From: Felis catus
Taxonomy: Eukaryota
DNA length: 64,000 nucleotides
Direction of reading: 5' to 3'
Assembly (NCBI RefSeq): GCF_018350175.1
Contig: NC_058380.1
Coordinates: 57,598,001-57,662,000, forward strand
Shown here: one piece after another, positions 52,111 to 63,003 of the stretch
Position numbering within the stretch: position 1 is the first letter of the stretch
Layout: every line of letters starts with the position of its first letter
The notes under the pieces: model-generated
Database searches by the model: none
What the model was told of the DNA's origin: nothing
Seen by the model: the letters and a program-made list of their open reading frames with translations, nothing else
Program-made: the position numbers and the translations under genes

Positions 52111-53237
52111 TTCAAATACTGAAATAAAAACTGCTATAAGACAGAGTGGGACTTTCCCACCAGTGGATGGAAACACAGATCCCAGGAAATTCACAGGTGG
52201 AGATCACTTGAGATTTAGTACTCCCCCTTCATTGTGTGGAAGAATATACCTGAGATTCTTCAAGAGCAGAGAATACACTCTTGGTCTCTCAGCTCTATGT
52301 GGCTGGTCAGGGATTTAAACCTAAACATTTTATATTACATCAGCCTCTGGACATGTTCCACATTTACAGGTGATGGGATCCACAGAGAGCAAAGCCACTG
52401 TAGCAGAAAGGGAGTACTGATTACAAGAAGCACTGCATATTGAGTTCACAACAGTTGTCTCAAAACTGAATTCTTTAAGACTTCTGTGCATTATAGCCTA
52501 GCACTCCATTTGCACAAGGCACATGATAGAGAATATCTACTTTATACATTAGTAATCATATTAGATATGACTTTTATTGCCCTCTTTCAAAGAAAGTAAC
52601 TTAATCTAGATTATTCAAAAATACAATCTAATATAGAGGAGTGTCCTTTAGAAACAAAAGGGCAGGAATACAGGCTAGGCCTAGGAAAAATTGGAAACTG
52701 AGAACTGGGAACATATGAGGAAGCCCTCAATCATCGGTTCTTTGGCTGTTCTTTCTTTTCTCTTTGCAGACTTGTTTTCTCTTTACCACCCCAGTACACG
52801 TGGGTGAACACAATTACCCCCAAACTCCCAAGTTTGTATGTTATGGATGCAGTGACTCATTTCTTGGGTATTAACAACAATCCCCAAAATCTGGCAGAAA
52901 GAATCTGGTTGGTCGAGGTAGGGTCAGTGTTGCACAGCTCAGACATGCATAACTTACCTGTGTGGATAAGGAAGAAAGGTGACAGAGGAAATGCCCAGAG
53001 AAATGAGATTCTTGACTCCTAAGCTAGAAAGCCAAACAAAAAGGCACTATAATAATATATCAGAAGTGATTCAGTTAACTGTGGAATTGAACTGTCTTTG
53101 TGTCATAAGCCTTCCTCAGAGGAATTATTTAACATATTTCATTAATAATAAAAATGTTCATTTATTGAGAGGATATTCTCTGTTAGCCCTTGTGTATCAC
53201 ATATGTATATATATTAAATTAAAATGAAATATATTTA

Positions 53238-53355
53238 TTTTTTATTAATATAATTTATTGTCAAATTGGCTTACATACAACACTCAGTGCTCATCCCAAC
53301 AAGTGCCCTCCTCAATGCCCATCACCCATTCTCCCTCTCCCCACCCCCTCCTAAG
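53238..53355 (-). mobile_element. 5'-truncated carnivore L1 3' end with 13-bp TSD
   Basis: T-rich tail plus ttgtcaaattggcttacatacaacactcagtgctcatccc...; TSD tgaaatatattta at 53225-53237 and 53356-53368. Confidence 0.88.
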
Positions 53356-54384
53356 TGAAATATATTTAATCCCCACAACAATTCCATGGGGTTGGCTTCA
53401 TTATGTCCATTTTACAAATTAAAAAACTAAGAGTCTATAAGATTAAGTAGCTTTTTAAAAATGTATCTGAAGTTACACAGGCAGGGGCACCTCCACAACA
53501 GTCAGGCTCCAAAGTCCATGCTCTTAAACCACAAGAGTAATTACCAGTGGATTTGTAGCATTGGTGCCAGTGTCCAGTCCAAATCCTGAAGAGACAGAGG
53601 AAATTGAGTTTGACCATTAGAGTCTGGATGGTTGCAAACATTAATCCCAGGAAAATAAAGGGACTCAGAATATAAACTTTGCATTGCAGTAATAATGAAC
53701 TGAAGAGTGCTAGAAATTTTATTCTTGGCCTGCAGTATCTGGAGTTTGATTAGTGTTGACACGAAATCCTCCTTCACAAATTTGGGTAGGAATAGATGTG
53801 CTTTATGTACAATAAAAGAAGATGGAGCCAAAATAAGCTCTAGGATATTAAGCAGGAAATAATTAAACAGGAAGCACTCTGGGCCCCCTGCAGGGTTAAA
53901 TGGTATCGTTTGGGATGTCTTGGTGTTGGTAATTTTGCAAAATGGCAGGTTGGTTTTCAGTTTGGACACCAATTAAGAAGTGACTTTTCCTCACTGCCAT
54001 ACCCCTCCCCCCCTTGCATAGTAGAGCAGAAAACAACATAATGGGCACAAATTGCAGCTGGTCAGCACATGAACAAGGAAAGTATGTTTTTCTTACAAAG
54101 TTTTCCATTTTTATTTATTTTTTTCATAGCAAAAATAAAATATAAGAGTCACTTATCCTTGTTTCTAGGTGACGTAGCACAGTCCTCTCCCCTCTTCATT
54201 CCAAAGATTTGATGTTCATTGTCAATCACTCAGGAAAGTCCCATCCTGATGCGCATTGTTTGGGCAGTTTTGTGATGAGACTGGTGTGTAGGACCATCGA
54301 ACAAATCTATGCTTATGAAGCAGTCATTTCCTAGGAGATCTGTGTGCACAGAGCCACAAGGTATGCTGCTTCCCCCTACTCTCA

Positions 54385-55338
54385 CTAGGCAAAGCATTTC
54401 TGACTCACCAGAGTCTTCACAGCGACCTTCACATGCTTGTTTCTGAGACTGTAGATGATGGGGTTGAGCATGGGAGTCAGCACTCCATAGAAGAGGGATA
54501 TAAGCTTGTCTGAAAGGTCCTGCTTATCTGCCCCCAGGGGGTCCTTGGATTTGGGCTTTGCGTACATGAAAAGAATGGTCCCATAGAAGATGACCACCAC
54601 AGTGAGGTGGGCAGAGCAGGTGGAGAAAGCCTTTTTCCTCCCCTCAGCTGAGGGGATCCTCAGGATGGTAGCAATGATGAAGACATAAGAGCCAGAGATG
54701 AACAGAACTGGGACCCCCAGGAAGATCACATTGGCTACCCCCATACTGATCACATTGATGGAGATGTCAGCACAGGCCAACTTCAGGACAGCCAGGATCT
54801 CACAGGTGAAGTGGTTGATGACATTGTCCCCACAGAAGGGTAATTGTACTGCAAGAGAGATCTGCACCAAGGAGTTGGCTCCACCAGCCACCCAGGAGCT
54901 GATAGCCATGGGCACATAGACAGCCTTGCTCATGACCACAGGGTACCTCAGGGGGTTACAGATGGCCACATAGCGATCAAATGCCATCATGCCCAGAAGC
55001 ACACACTCTGTGGCTCCCATGGCAAAGGAGAGGAACATCTGCATGGCACAGCCTGAGAAGGAGATGGTTTTCCTGGGAGTGAGGAAGCCATCCAGGACTA
55101 GAGGAANNNNNNNNNNNNNNNNNNNNNNNNNNNNNNNNNNNNNNNNNNNNNNNNNNNNNNNNNNNNNNNNNNNNNNNNNNNNNNNNNNNNNNNNNNNNNN
55201 NNNNNNNNNNNNNNNNNNNNNNNNNNNNNNNNNNNNNNNNNACAGGATGAACACAAAAAACATTTTCTCAAGCTTTGGCTGATCTGACAGCCCCAGCAAG
55301 ACAAATCCCGCTACAACAGATTGGTTGCCCACTTCCAT
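54385..55338 (-). CDS. Olfactory receptor, OR37 subfamily (OR13C7-like), 317 aa
   Basis: NQS sequon, all visible OR motifs, extended EL3. Ends KCFA-TAG directly followed by TGA. 55107-55241 is masked. Confidence 0.92.
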   Translation of the reverse strand: MEVGNQSVVAGFVLLGLSDQPKLEKMFFVFILXXXXXXXXXXXXXXXXXXXXXXXXXXXXXXXXXXXXXXXXXXXXXXPLVLDGFLTPRKTISFSGCAMQMFLSFAMGATECVLLGMMAFDRYVAICNPLRYPVVMSKAVYVPMAISSWVAGGANSLVQISLAVQLPFCGDNVINHFTCEILAVLKLACADISINVISMGVANVIFLGVPVLFISGSYVFIIATILRIPSAEGRKKAFSTCSAHLTVVVIFYGTILFMYAKPKSKDPLGADKQDLSDKLISLFYGVLTPMLNPIIYSLRNKHVKVAVKTLVSQKCFA

Positions 55339-57632
55339 TTTAAATTCTCTCTTCTACCCTCGGGAAAACTGAGGACAGCAAGCACATGTTTATAGGGATC
55401 AATATGTGGGGATTTAAATGACAACTTATAATTAAATTTATCCTTTGGCATGCCAACTTATAATAGTAACATTGAAATTACAAAAATCGTTGTCCACTGA
55501 AGTTACCTTAAAAGTCAGGATATGTCAAATCAAAAGCAGGAAGAGCAGACCCTGGAAACTTAATCAAATCATGATATATGATAGAATTTTAGACAGATCA
55601 ATAGTGTTGACACACTTGAAGGAAGGGTCTACATGGGAACCATAAAAGAGGAACCCTGAAGTTGTACTGTAATGCATGGGTCCAGACCACTGATTGGCTC
55701 TTCTGGCCAGCCCTCCCTGCCTGTAATTGTCCCTGCAGTATCCTTAGGGGCTTCTGGCTGTCATACTCAGTGGTGATAATCACTGACATCACTTCACTTA
55801 CTCTAATCCTGTGCTTATACAATAATTTTCTGACAATAATTTGAGGACTACGGAGAGGATGTGATGAGCAGAGGCCAGGAACATTAGAATCTGCGTAGCA
55901 TTTATATTTGTTACTTGATGCCTACTTTATACTTCATTTCTCATGAGTTTGGTTGATTTTCCTTCATTGCACTGTCAATAGGGACTCTCTGGCTAATAGT
56001 TCATGGAGACCTAACAAAAGCACTTCTACATTCCCCCTCTCTAACCATGGCCTTTGTCCACAGCATTGCAGTTTCCCTTAGTCTGTTCCAGCCCCCAGTG
56101 CTAGGGAACAGGGGTAGAATCCAAGGACAAATGTCCTTCATGCCTCCCAGTGTGAGCATTTGTGACTCTATAAGCAAGCTCTATGCTTTTGGAGCTGTTT
56201 TATAAGTCACAACTCCTTACTCAGACCCTTTTATATCTGAGTTGACCATTAAAACCACTGCAATACCACAATAATGCTTTCTCTCCTATAGAAGAGCAGA
56301 CAGTTCTACCCAGCCTTGCAGAGGGGTCACCCCAAAGAGGCATTTAACGTAGGATGTGCTCCAGTCATGTAGACCAATTAATCCAATATATTAGAGAAAA
56401 CCTCAAACCTTGGCTTCTCATGTTAAACATGAAGAAACAGAAGCTCACAAGTGCTCCCTCATTTGTGCCAGAGCAGGTCTACTGAGGAGCCAAGGACCCA
56501 CTATGAAATCCTGATCATCCTCGCTTTCCCTAGGACACTCATGAAAAATAGAGATGTCACACCTTTCTCTAAGATATCTGCCTTGTAACAGAGCTTGGGT
56601 AGGGGGCTGTCCCTGGGCTTCACATGTTGCATCTGTGACTATTACCCTGTTGCTGCTAGCCTGAAGCTGTCCTCATGCAATTATCAGAGGACATTAACTA
56701 TGGGCACTGAAAATACTTGGAAAAAAGAGATCTGTTTTTAGAGATATTAGTACTATTGGCTGCAGAATCTCAAGCTTGGCAGAAATCTCAAAAATTAACT
56801 GGTTTGCCTCTTTCCCCTCGATTGTATGAATGTCTATGAAATGCAATTTTCCCATTTCTGCTTTGAACACCTTGAGCTATGTGAGTGCATGGCTCCCATT
56901 CCTTTGTGAAACAGCCTTGATTGTTGGAAAGTTTTCCCTTACATTGAACAGAACTTCCTTCTTCTAATGTTGTCCCCATACCTTACCTCCTACTGCCCCC
57001 CACTGGCCTAAACTCCCAGGACATGCCTGCTCCCTTCCCCTATAAAAGCCCTTCAGAGACATGGGAGCTGTGAGCTGGTCCCTACTCACAACTATCTTTT
57101 CTCTTCTCCCACCTACTTGGAGAAGTTTTGGCTACAGAGAGAGCTCAGTATACATCCAGTATGAGGATGAGGCTATGGTGGGGTCAGGAGCTTACCTAGA
57201 CAGGAGGTTTCATGGCAGGGAGGATGCTGGAAGGCTCCTGGCTTTGGAGGTGATAGCTTCAACTGCCCACCTTGACCATCTCCTGTCTAGCTCTGTCTGT
57301 TGAGGCTGTGCCTGGAAATGTGCAGCAAATTCTGTTTAGCTATCTTGGAGCTAAGCAGTCCCTTCAAATTTCACAGAAGGTAAAGAAAATTCAGGGTTGG
57401 CCATAGCCAAAGGGGCTCTAGCTGCTCTCTTCCCTGGCCTTCTCCATGTCTGGTGAGATAATAGCAGGAAGGACACCTCAAGTTGCTGCTTCCCAGTGGC
57501 CCTGCAGTCATGCCCAACCTGCGTGATCGGGGCAGACACACTCTGCTCTCTGCCCCTTGCCCTCTCTCTATAGGTTCCGTCAAAGAACCACGGAGGAATT
57601 TAGAGTTCTGGTTGTTTGGGGGCAGTTTTAAT

Positions 57633-57702
57633 CCCAGAAGCAATTTAAAGTTTGGTGGAGGCCTCACAGGAGTTTAGAGCCTGTGTCCCATGAACTCAAT
57701 TA
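57633..57702 (-). promoter_or_regulatory. Candidate OR promoter module for the OR at 54385-55338
   Basis: cccagaagcaatttaaagtttgg (57633-57655, 23/23 identical to 15123-15145) and gtcccatgaactcaatta (57685-57702). Confidence 0.65.
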
Positions 57703-59676
57703 CATACATTGTAGACAACACTATGTAAATCTTAACTCTCACTACAAAGATATGTTCCTTAGATTAGAAATTCCCATCCTGTCCTTGCTGACCTTCCTGG
57801 AAGTAGAGGAGATAACTAAGGTCTGACTATGTTTTTACCACAATGGTATCTGTTAGAGGGGGCTCTGCACTTGTCTTTGCAGGACTAAGTGTCCAAACAA
57901 GAGATGAAAGCTTGCCTAGACCCTTACAGACACACTGGGCATCCACATGCTCCAGTAGCTGACCTTCGCTGCGGTCACCCAGCACTCATCCTGGGCTGAT
58001 CAGCTCTAGCCCTTGCCCTCAAAGACAGGAAACATGTACCACAAGCCAGCACCAGGCGCTAGAAATGATAAGGATGGCACCTCTGATCTCCAGAAACTCC
58101 CAGTGACAGCTACAGTTTGAGAGATGATTGCCAAGTGCCCCTAAGCTGTATGGGAGGCCAGAACAGGCAAAAGTCAGAAGAAGGAGGTCAGAGAAGCTTA
58201 GGTCCCAACTAGGAAGCGATTCTTCCTGCCCCCCTGCCATACTATAGTATAGCAGGGAATAAGGATTGTGGATTGAAGCAGAGGACATGAGGGCAGAAGA
58301 GAGCTCTAGGGTTGGTGAGAAAACAGCAGAGTCTACCCTTAGAAGTAGCTCTGGAGTCACAAGCCAGGCAGCTAACTAGCATTTTGCTAAGAGCTTCTGT
58401 TTAGTTGGAAATCTTTGGTGACAAGAAACAAGAGAACCCTTCAGGTCACCTCAACTGGAGTCCAGGAGGTGAGAATCAGGCAGTATGGAACGTGGCCATG
58501 CCTGCTCGGCAGGGCCTGAGAACAGGAATTTTCCCATATAAGTGGATAAGAGGGAAGGCAGGGAGGAGGTAAGGAGCCTTGGATTACAGCCTAGTCTCTA
58601 TCAAAAGCAACTGACAAAGACTGGTCTTAAAAGAGAAGGAGGGTGATTTGCTAATAAAAGACCCTGGGAACCAATTTTTCCTTGAGAAGAAGATGGAAGT
58701 TGGTATCAGTTTGTTGTATACTTTTGTCACCCACGTGGGCATCATGTAGTCATCACGGTCCACGTTATCACAGGGGAAATGCACAAAGATCTCATTATAG
58801 AGTGTGGGTTCGGCTCCTCTCCACCAATGCTTTTGTCATTTTCATAAAGACTGAAGAAAAGAAGTCCTGGAGCCCCCTGGTTGGGGACCTCTACGACCCA
58901 CAGACCACTGCAGGCTTCTGGCTGGAGACTAGCATGTTGGGACTTTCTCTTAAGGAAAGGTTTCAGCCCTCTGAGCCCTCACTTGAGACCCTGTATAGAA
59001 GTCTACCAGCCACATGGCACATCTCTGAGTCCAAGGAGTGCAGGGGGACAAGAGAAAGTTAAAAGGTAGGTGGGGAGAGACATCTGTGTATCTTCTTTAG
59101 TACCTGCATGCCAATTACATTTTTAGGCACTGCAGACAAATACATTGGGAACTAGAGGGTCCACCTCAAGACTGCTCCCAACCTTGGCACTCTTACTTTT
59201 GGAGGTCTCGACCCACATCATGTCAAAATGCACCTGTATCCCATTTTATGTGTAATTTTGTGGTAAATTTGAAGTTATCTTTCTACTTCTGTTATTAGAA
59301 TTACTTGGCATACAAGTGACTCAATTTACAATTCTATGGTTTCTCAACAGTTAGCATAAAAACTCTGGAGTGTTTGCAAAGCTAAGGTAACTAACTACAT
59401 ACACATTGTTTTAAAATAAGATTCATGAATACAGTACATTCGTTTATCCATTACTGAGGTTAACATAATATTCCCTTTTTTGGGCACACAAATAAACAAT
59501 TATTAAGTTTTTAAAGGATTTCTGTTTGTTTGTCTTGTAGTTAAGAGCCAACAGGTTTTCCAGCCCTCAAACGTCTTTGTACTTAGAAAACACCCCATAA
59601 GGCCCGACTACTGCACCCTCATGCCCGGAGGGTAAAACAGCTCTGCTGACTCTCTGCTTAGGAGTAAAGACATTTG

Positions 59677-59815
59677 GGGGCACCTGGGTGGCTCAGTCAG
59701 TTGAGCGACTGACTTTGGCTCAGGTCATGATCTCACGGTTTGGGAGTTCAAGCCCCACGTCAGGCTCTGTGCTAACAGCTCAGAGCCTGGAGCCTGCTTT
59801 GGAGTCTGTGTCTCC

Positions 59816-59849
<34 letters not shown>

Positions 59850-59922
59850 GCCCCTCCCCCACTCATGCTCTGTCTCTCTCTGTCTCAGAAATAAATAAAC
59901 ATAAAAAAAAATTTTTTAAAAA
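59677..59922 (+). mobile_element. CAN-SINE with 17-bp TSD
   Basis: TSD aggagtaaagacatttg at 59660-59676 and 59923-59939. Confidence 0.95.
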
Positions 59923-60457
59923 AGGAGTAAAGACATTTGTACAGTAAGTACAAATTAAGATCTGTTTATAGAATAAAAAGTAAGGAATTTAACTTAGCAA
60001 ATCATTTTTGGGGAATAATTCTTTTCCTTGAACAAATGGAATTTGCCAAGTTACTTTCCTCGGGAGCCAGGGTGCAGGAGACACCTGGGAACGCAGGCCC
60101 ATCACACACAACTCATGCACCAGTACTGAGATTTGATAATTGTTTTCTGTTGTGGGTAAGCTTTCCCAGGAAGTTGACTCTGGTGGGGAGATTTTCATGC
60201 AGGATGTTGACTGGAGAGTGCTCTTAAGATCAATACCTGTGGGGTGGAGGTGAAGGAAGCAGGACAGTGCAGAGGAAGAACTTGAACTGCCACGTAACCC
60301 TCATGGGCCAAGGGCAAGCCAGTGCAGCAACTAACTGAATGTTGTTTGCCACCAGTACTCCCAGTGGCTGGGGTAACAGGAGCCAAAGCCCCTAAGGGAG
60401 AGAGAGGCGGGGTCTGGGTAGTACACTCGCCACACCACCCACTATACACTCTTAACC

Positions 60458-60620
60458 AGTACTTCTCAAGGCTTAACACGCACATGAATCTCCTGAGGGA
60501 TCTTGTTAACATGTAGATTCCAATTCAGTTAAGTCTGGAATGGGCCCCTTCCGCATGTCTAATAAGCTCCCAGGTGCTGCTAACACTGTTGCTCCATGGA
60601 CCACACTATGAGCAGCGTGG
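60458..60620. mobile_element. MER5A-like MITE
   Basis: cagtacttctcaagg...gatcttgttaacatgtagattc...aataagctcccaggtgctgc...ggaccacactatgag. Confidence 0.75.
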
Positions 60621-60710
60621 CTCTGAATTCAATTTGCCCCTCACCTAGCATCACTTTGCATTGACTTTCTCAAGTGAACCAGAGTGTGTGGGTCACGATA
60701 TATCCCAGCA

Positions 60711-61667
60711 TCACTGGGTGAAGTGTTTCTGAGCCACCAGGTACCTCACCGCGGTCTTAACATCCTTGTTCCTCAGACTATAGATGATGGGGTTGAGCAT
60801 AGGAGTTAAAAGTCCATAGAAGAGGGAGATGAGCTTGTCTGAAAGGTCCTGCTTGTCTGCCCCCAGGGGGTCCTTGGATTTGGGCTTCCCATACATGAAG
60901 AGGATGGTTCCATAGAAGATGACCACAACTGTGAGGTGGGCAGAGCAGGTGGAGAAAGCCTTTTTCCTCCCTTCAGCTGAGGGGATCCTCAGGATAGTGG
61001 TGAGGATGAAGATGTAGGAGACAAAGATGAACAGAACTGGGACCCCCAGGAAGATCACATTGGCCACCCCCATACTGATCACATTGATGGAGATGTCAGC
61101 ACAGGCCAACTTCAGGACAGCCAGGATCTCACAGATGAAGTGGTTGATGACATTGTCCCCACAGAAGGGTAATTGTACTGCAAGAGAGATCTGCACCAAG
61201 GAGTTGGCTCCACCAGCCACCCAGGAGCTGATAGCCATGGGCACATAGACAGCCTTGCTCATGACCACAGGGTACCTCAGGGGGTTACAGATGGCCACAT
61301 AGCGATCAAATGCCATCATGCCCAGAAGCACACACTCTGTGGCTCCCATGGCAAAGGAGAGGAACATCTGCATGGCACAGCCTGAGAAGGAGATGGTTTT
61401 CCTGGGAGTGAGGAAGCCGTCCAGGACTAGAGGAANNNNNNNNNNNNNNNNNNNNNNNNNNNNNNNNNNNNNNNNNNNNNNNNNNNNNNNNNNNNNNNNN
61501 NNNNNNNNNNNNNNNNNNNNNNNNNNNNNNNNNNNNNNNNNNNNNNNNNNNNNNNNNNNNNNNNNNNNNNNNNNNNNNNNNNNNNNNNNNNNNNNNNNNN
61601 NNNNNNNNNGGGCAGAGAGGCCAAGCAAAACAAATTCTGTCACAGCAGATTGGTTGGATGCTTCCAT
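60711..61667 (-). CDS. Olfactory receptor, OR37 subfamily (OR13C7-like), 318 aa
   Basis: NQS sequon, [20 protein letters not shown], extended EL3 and [12 protein letters not shown]. 61436-61609 is masked. Confidence 0.93.
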   Translation of the reverse strand: MEASNQSAVTEFVLLGLSAXXXXXXXXXXXXXXXXXXXXXXXXXXXXXXXXXXXXXXXXXXXXXXXXXXXXXXXXXXXPLVLDGFLTPRKTISFSGCAMQMFLSFAMGATECVLLGMMAFDRYVAICNPLRYPVVMSKAVYVPMAISSWVAGGANSLVQISLAVQLPFCGDNVINHFICEILAVLKLACADISINVISMGVANVIFLGVPVLFIFVSYIFILTTILRIPSAEGRKKAFSTCSAHLTVVVIFYGTILFMYGKPKSKDPLGADKQDLSDKLISLFYGLLTPMLNPIIYSLRNKDVKTAVRYLVAQKHFTQ

Positions 61668-62644
61668 TTCAAACTCTCTTCTTTATCCCTAAAAATACTG
61701 AAGGCAGAAATTCTTGTTGGTTTTTTGATGGCTTGCTTGAGTCAGTACATGGGGATCACAGCATCATGTCCCTAAAATTATAAACAAACAATCTATATAT
61801 GGGATTCAACTACAAAACCAAGTGATCTCAAGTAAGGCTGTGTAGCAGTCAAAAGCATCTAGAGCAGAACTTGGAAATCTAATGAAATTTAATGAAATAA
61901 AAAAGACATTTTGATATTAATATACCTAAAGCAAAAATTTTGTGTCTGCATATGCTGTGTGTCTTCCACACTTTCCAGGGAAACAGGAGCCTCTAATTCT
62001 GTCTCTCTTATACAATTAGGACCACAAGCTATCCCAGCTCAGCGACAGAGGCCACTGAAGTCATGTTGCCCATTCCTCTGGCTCCAGTTCTTCTTTGCCC
62101 AGTAAATTTCTAATATAATTGGACTCCCAATACAAACAGTTTTATAGGAAGAGAATGTGCTGGCTTGCAAACATAAAGTTACTTATATTTGTAACCGTTT
62201 TATTTCTTATACAGTATGTGGTTTACACTTCAGTATCTTCTGAGTTTAGTTGGTATGAATCAATTTATCTGATCCTGGCCCTCTTCTCTGAATAATCTGA
62301 CCCAATTGAATTTCTGGAACCTGTAACATGGAGCACTCACCAAAATCTCCCGTAACCACAGCTCACCTGTCTGCTCCTCCGTGGCTCTGGACCTTGGGCC
62401 CAAGGAATATAATCATAGCTGACAGAGCCCATTCATAATACACACCCCCAGCCTAGGTTCAGTGGGGTCTTGAGTCATGTGCCATCCAGTGCCATTGAGA
62501 TGCTTTGGAGACATCATCACATGTACATCTACTCAGCTTGCCAGAATATTCAGTGCCACACTGTAGATCATCACAATTTTTCTGCCAAAGAGATTAGGAA
62601 CACCAGATGTGATCAGGCCCTGTAGCAGAGTGCCTAAAACAGCA

Positions 62645-62790
62645 TGGAGTGACCTGACTGCTGGTTAAAAATACAGATTGCTGAGTCCTACATTTGCAGA
62701 TGATCTTGGAGATCAATTTTTTGTTTGCATAGTTTTTAAATAAATGTTTCTCATATATTTCTGATCCACACCAGTCTTGGGAATCACTGA
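62645..62790. mobile_element. MER5-like MITE fragment
   Basis: ttaaaaatacagattgctgag...gtcttgggaatcactg. Confidence 0.5.
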
Positions 62791-62806
62791 CCTCTAAAGG
62801 TGGGGA

Positions 62807-63003
62807 GGGGTGCCTGAGGGGCTCAGTCAGTTAAGCGCCCGACTCACAGTTTGTGAGTTCAAGCCTTACATCAGGCTCTGTGCTGACAGTTCAAAGCCTG
62901 GAGCCTGCTTCGGATTCTGTGTGTGTGTGTCTCTCTCTGCCCCTCCTCCTCTCACACTCTGGCTCTCTCTCAAAAATAAACAGATATTAAAAAAAATTTT
63001 TTA
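62807..63003 (+). mobile_element. CAN-SINE
   Basis: ggggtgcctgaggggctcagtcag head, flanked by aaggtgggga. Confidence 0.88.

Noticed and set aside
10698-61692. Antisense and alternate-frame ORFs overlapping the OR genes, recurring in each paralog
   Set aside because: They are shadows of the conserved OR coding sequence, lengthened artificially by N-runs.
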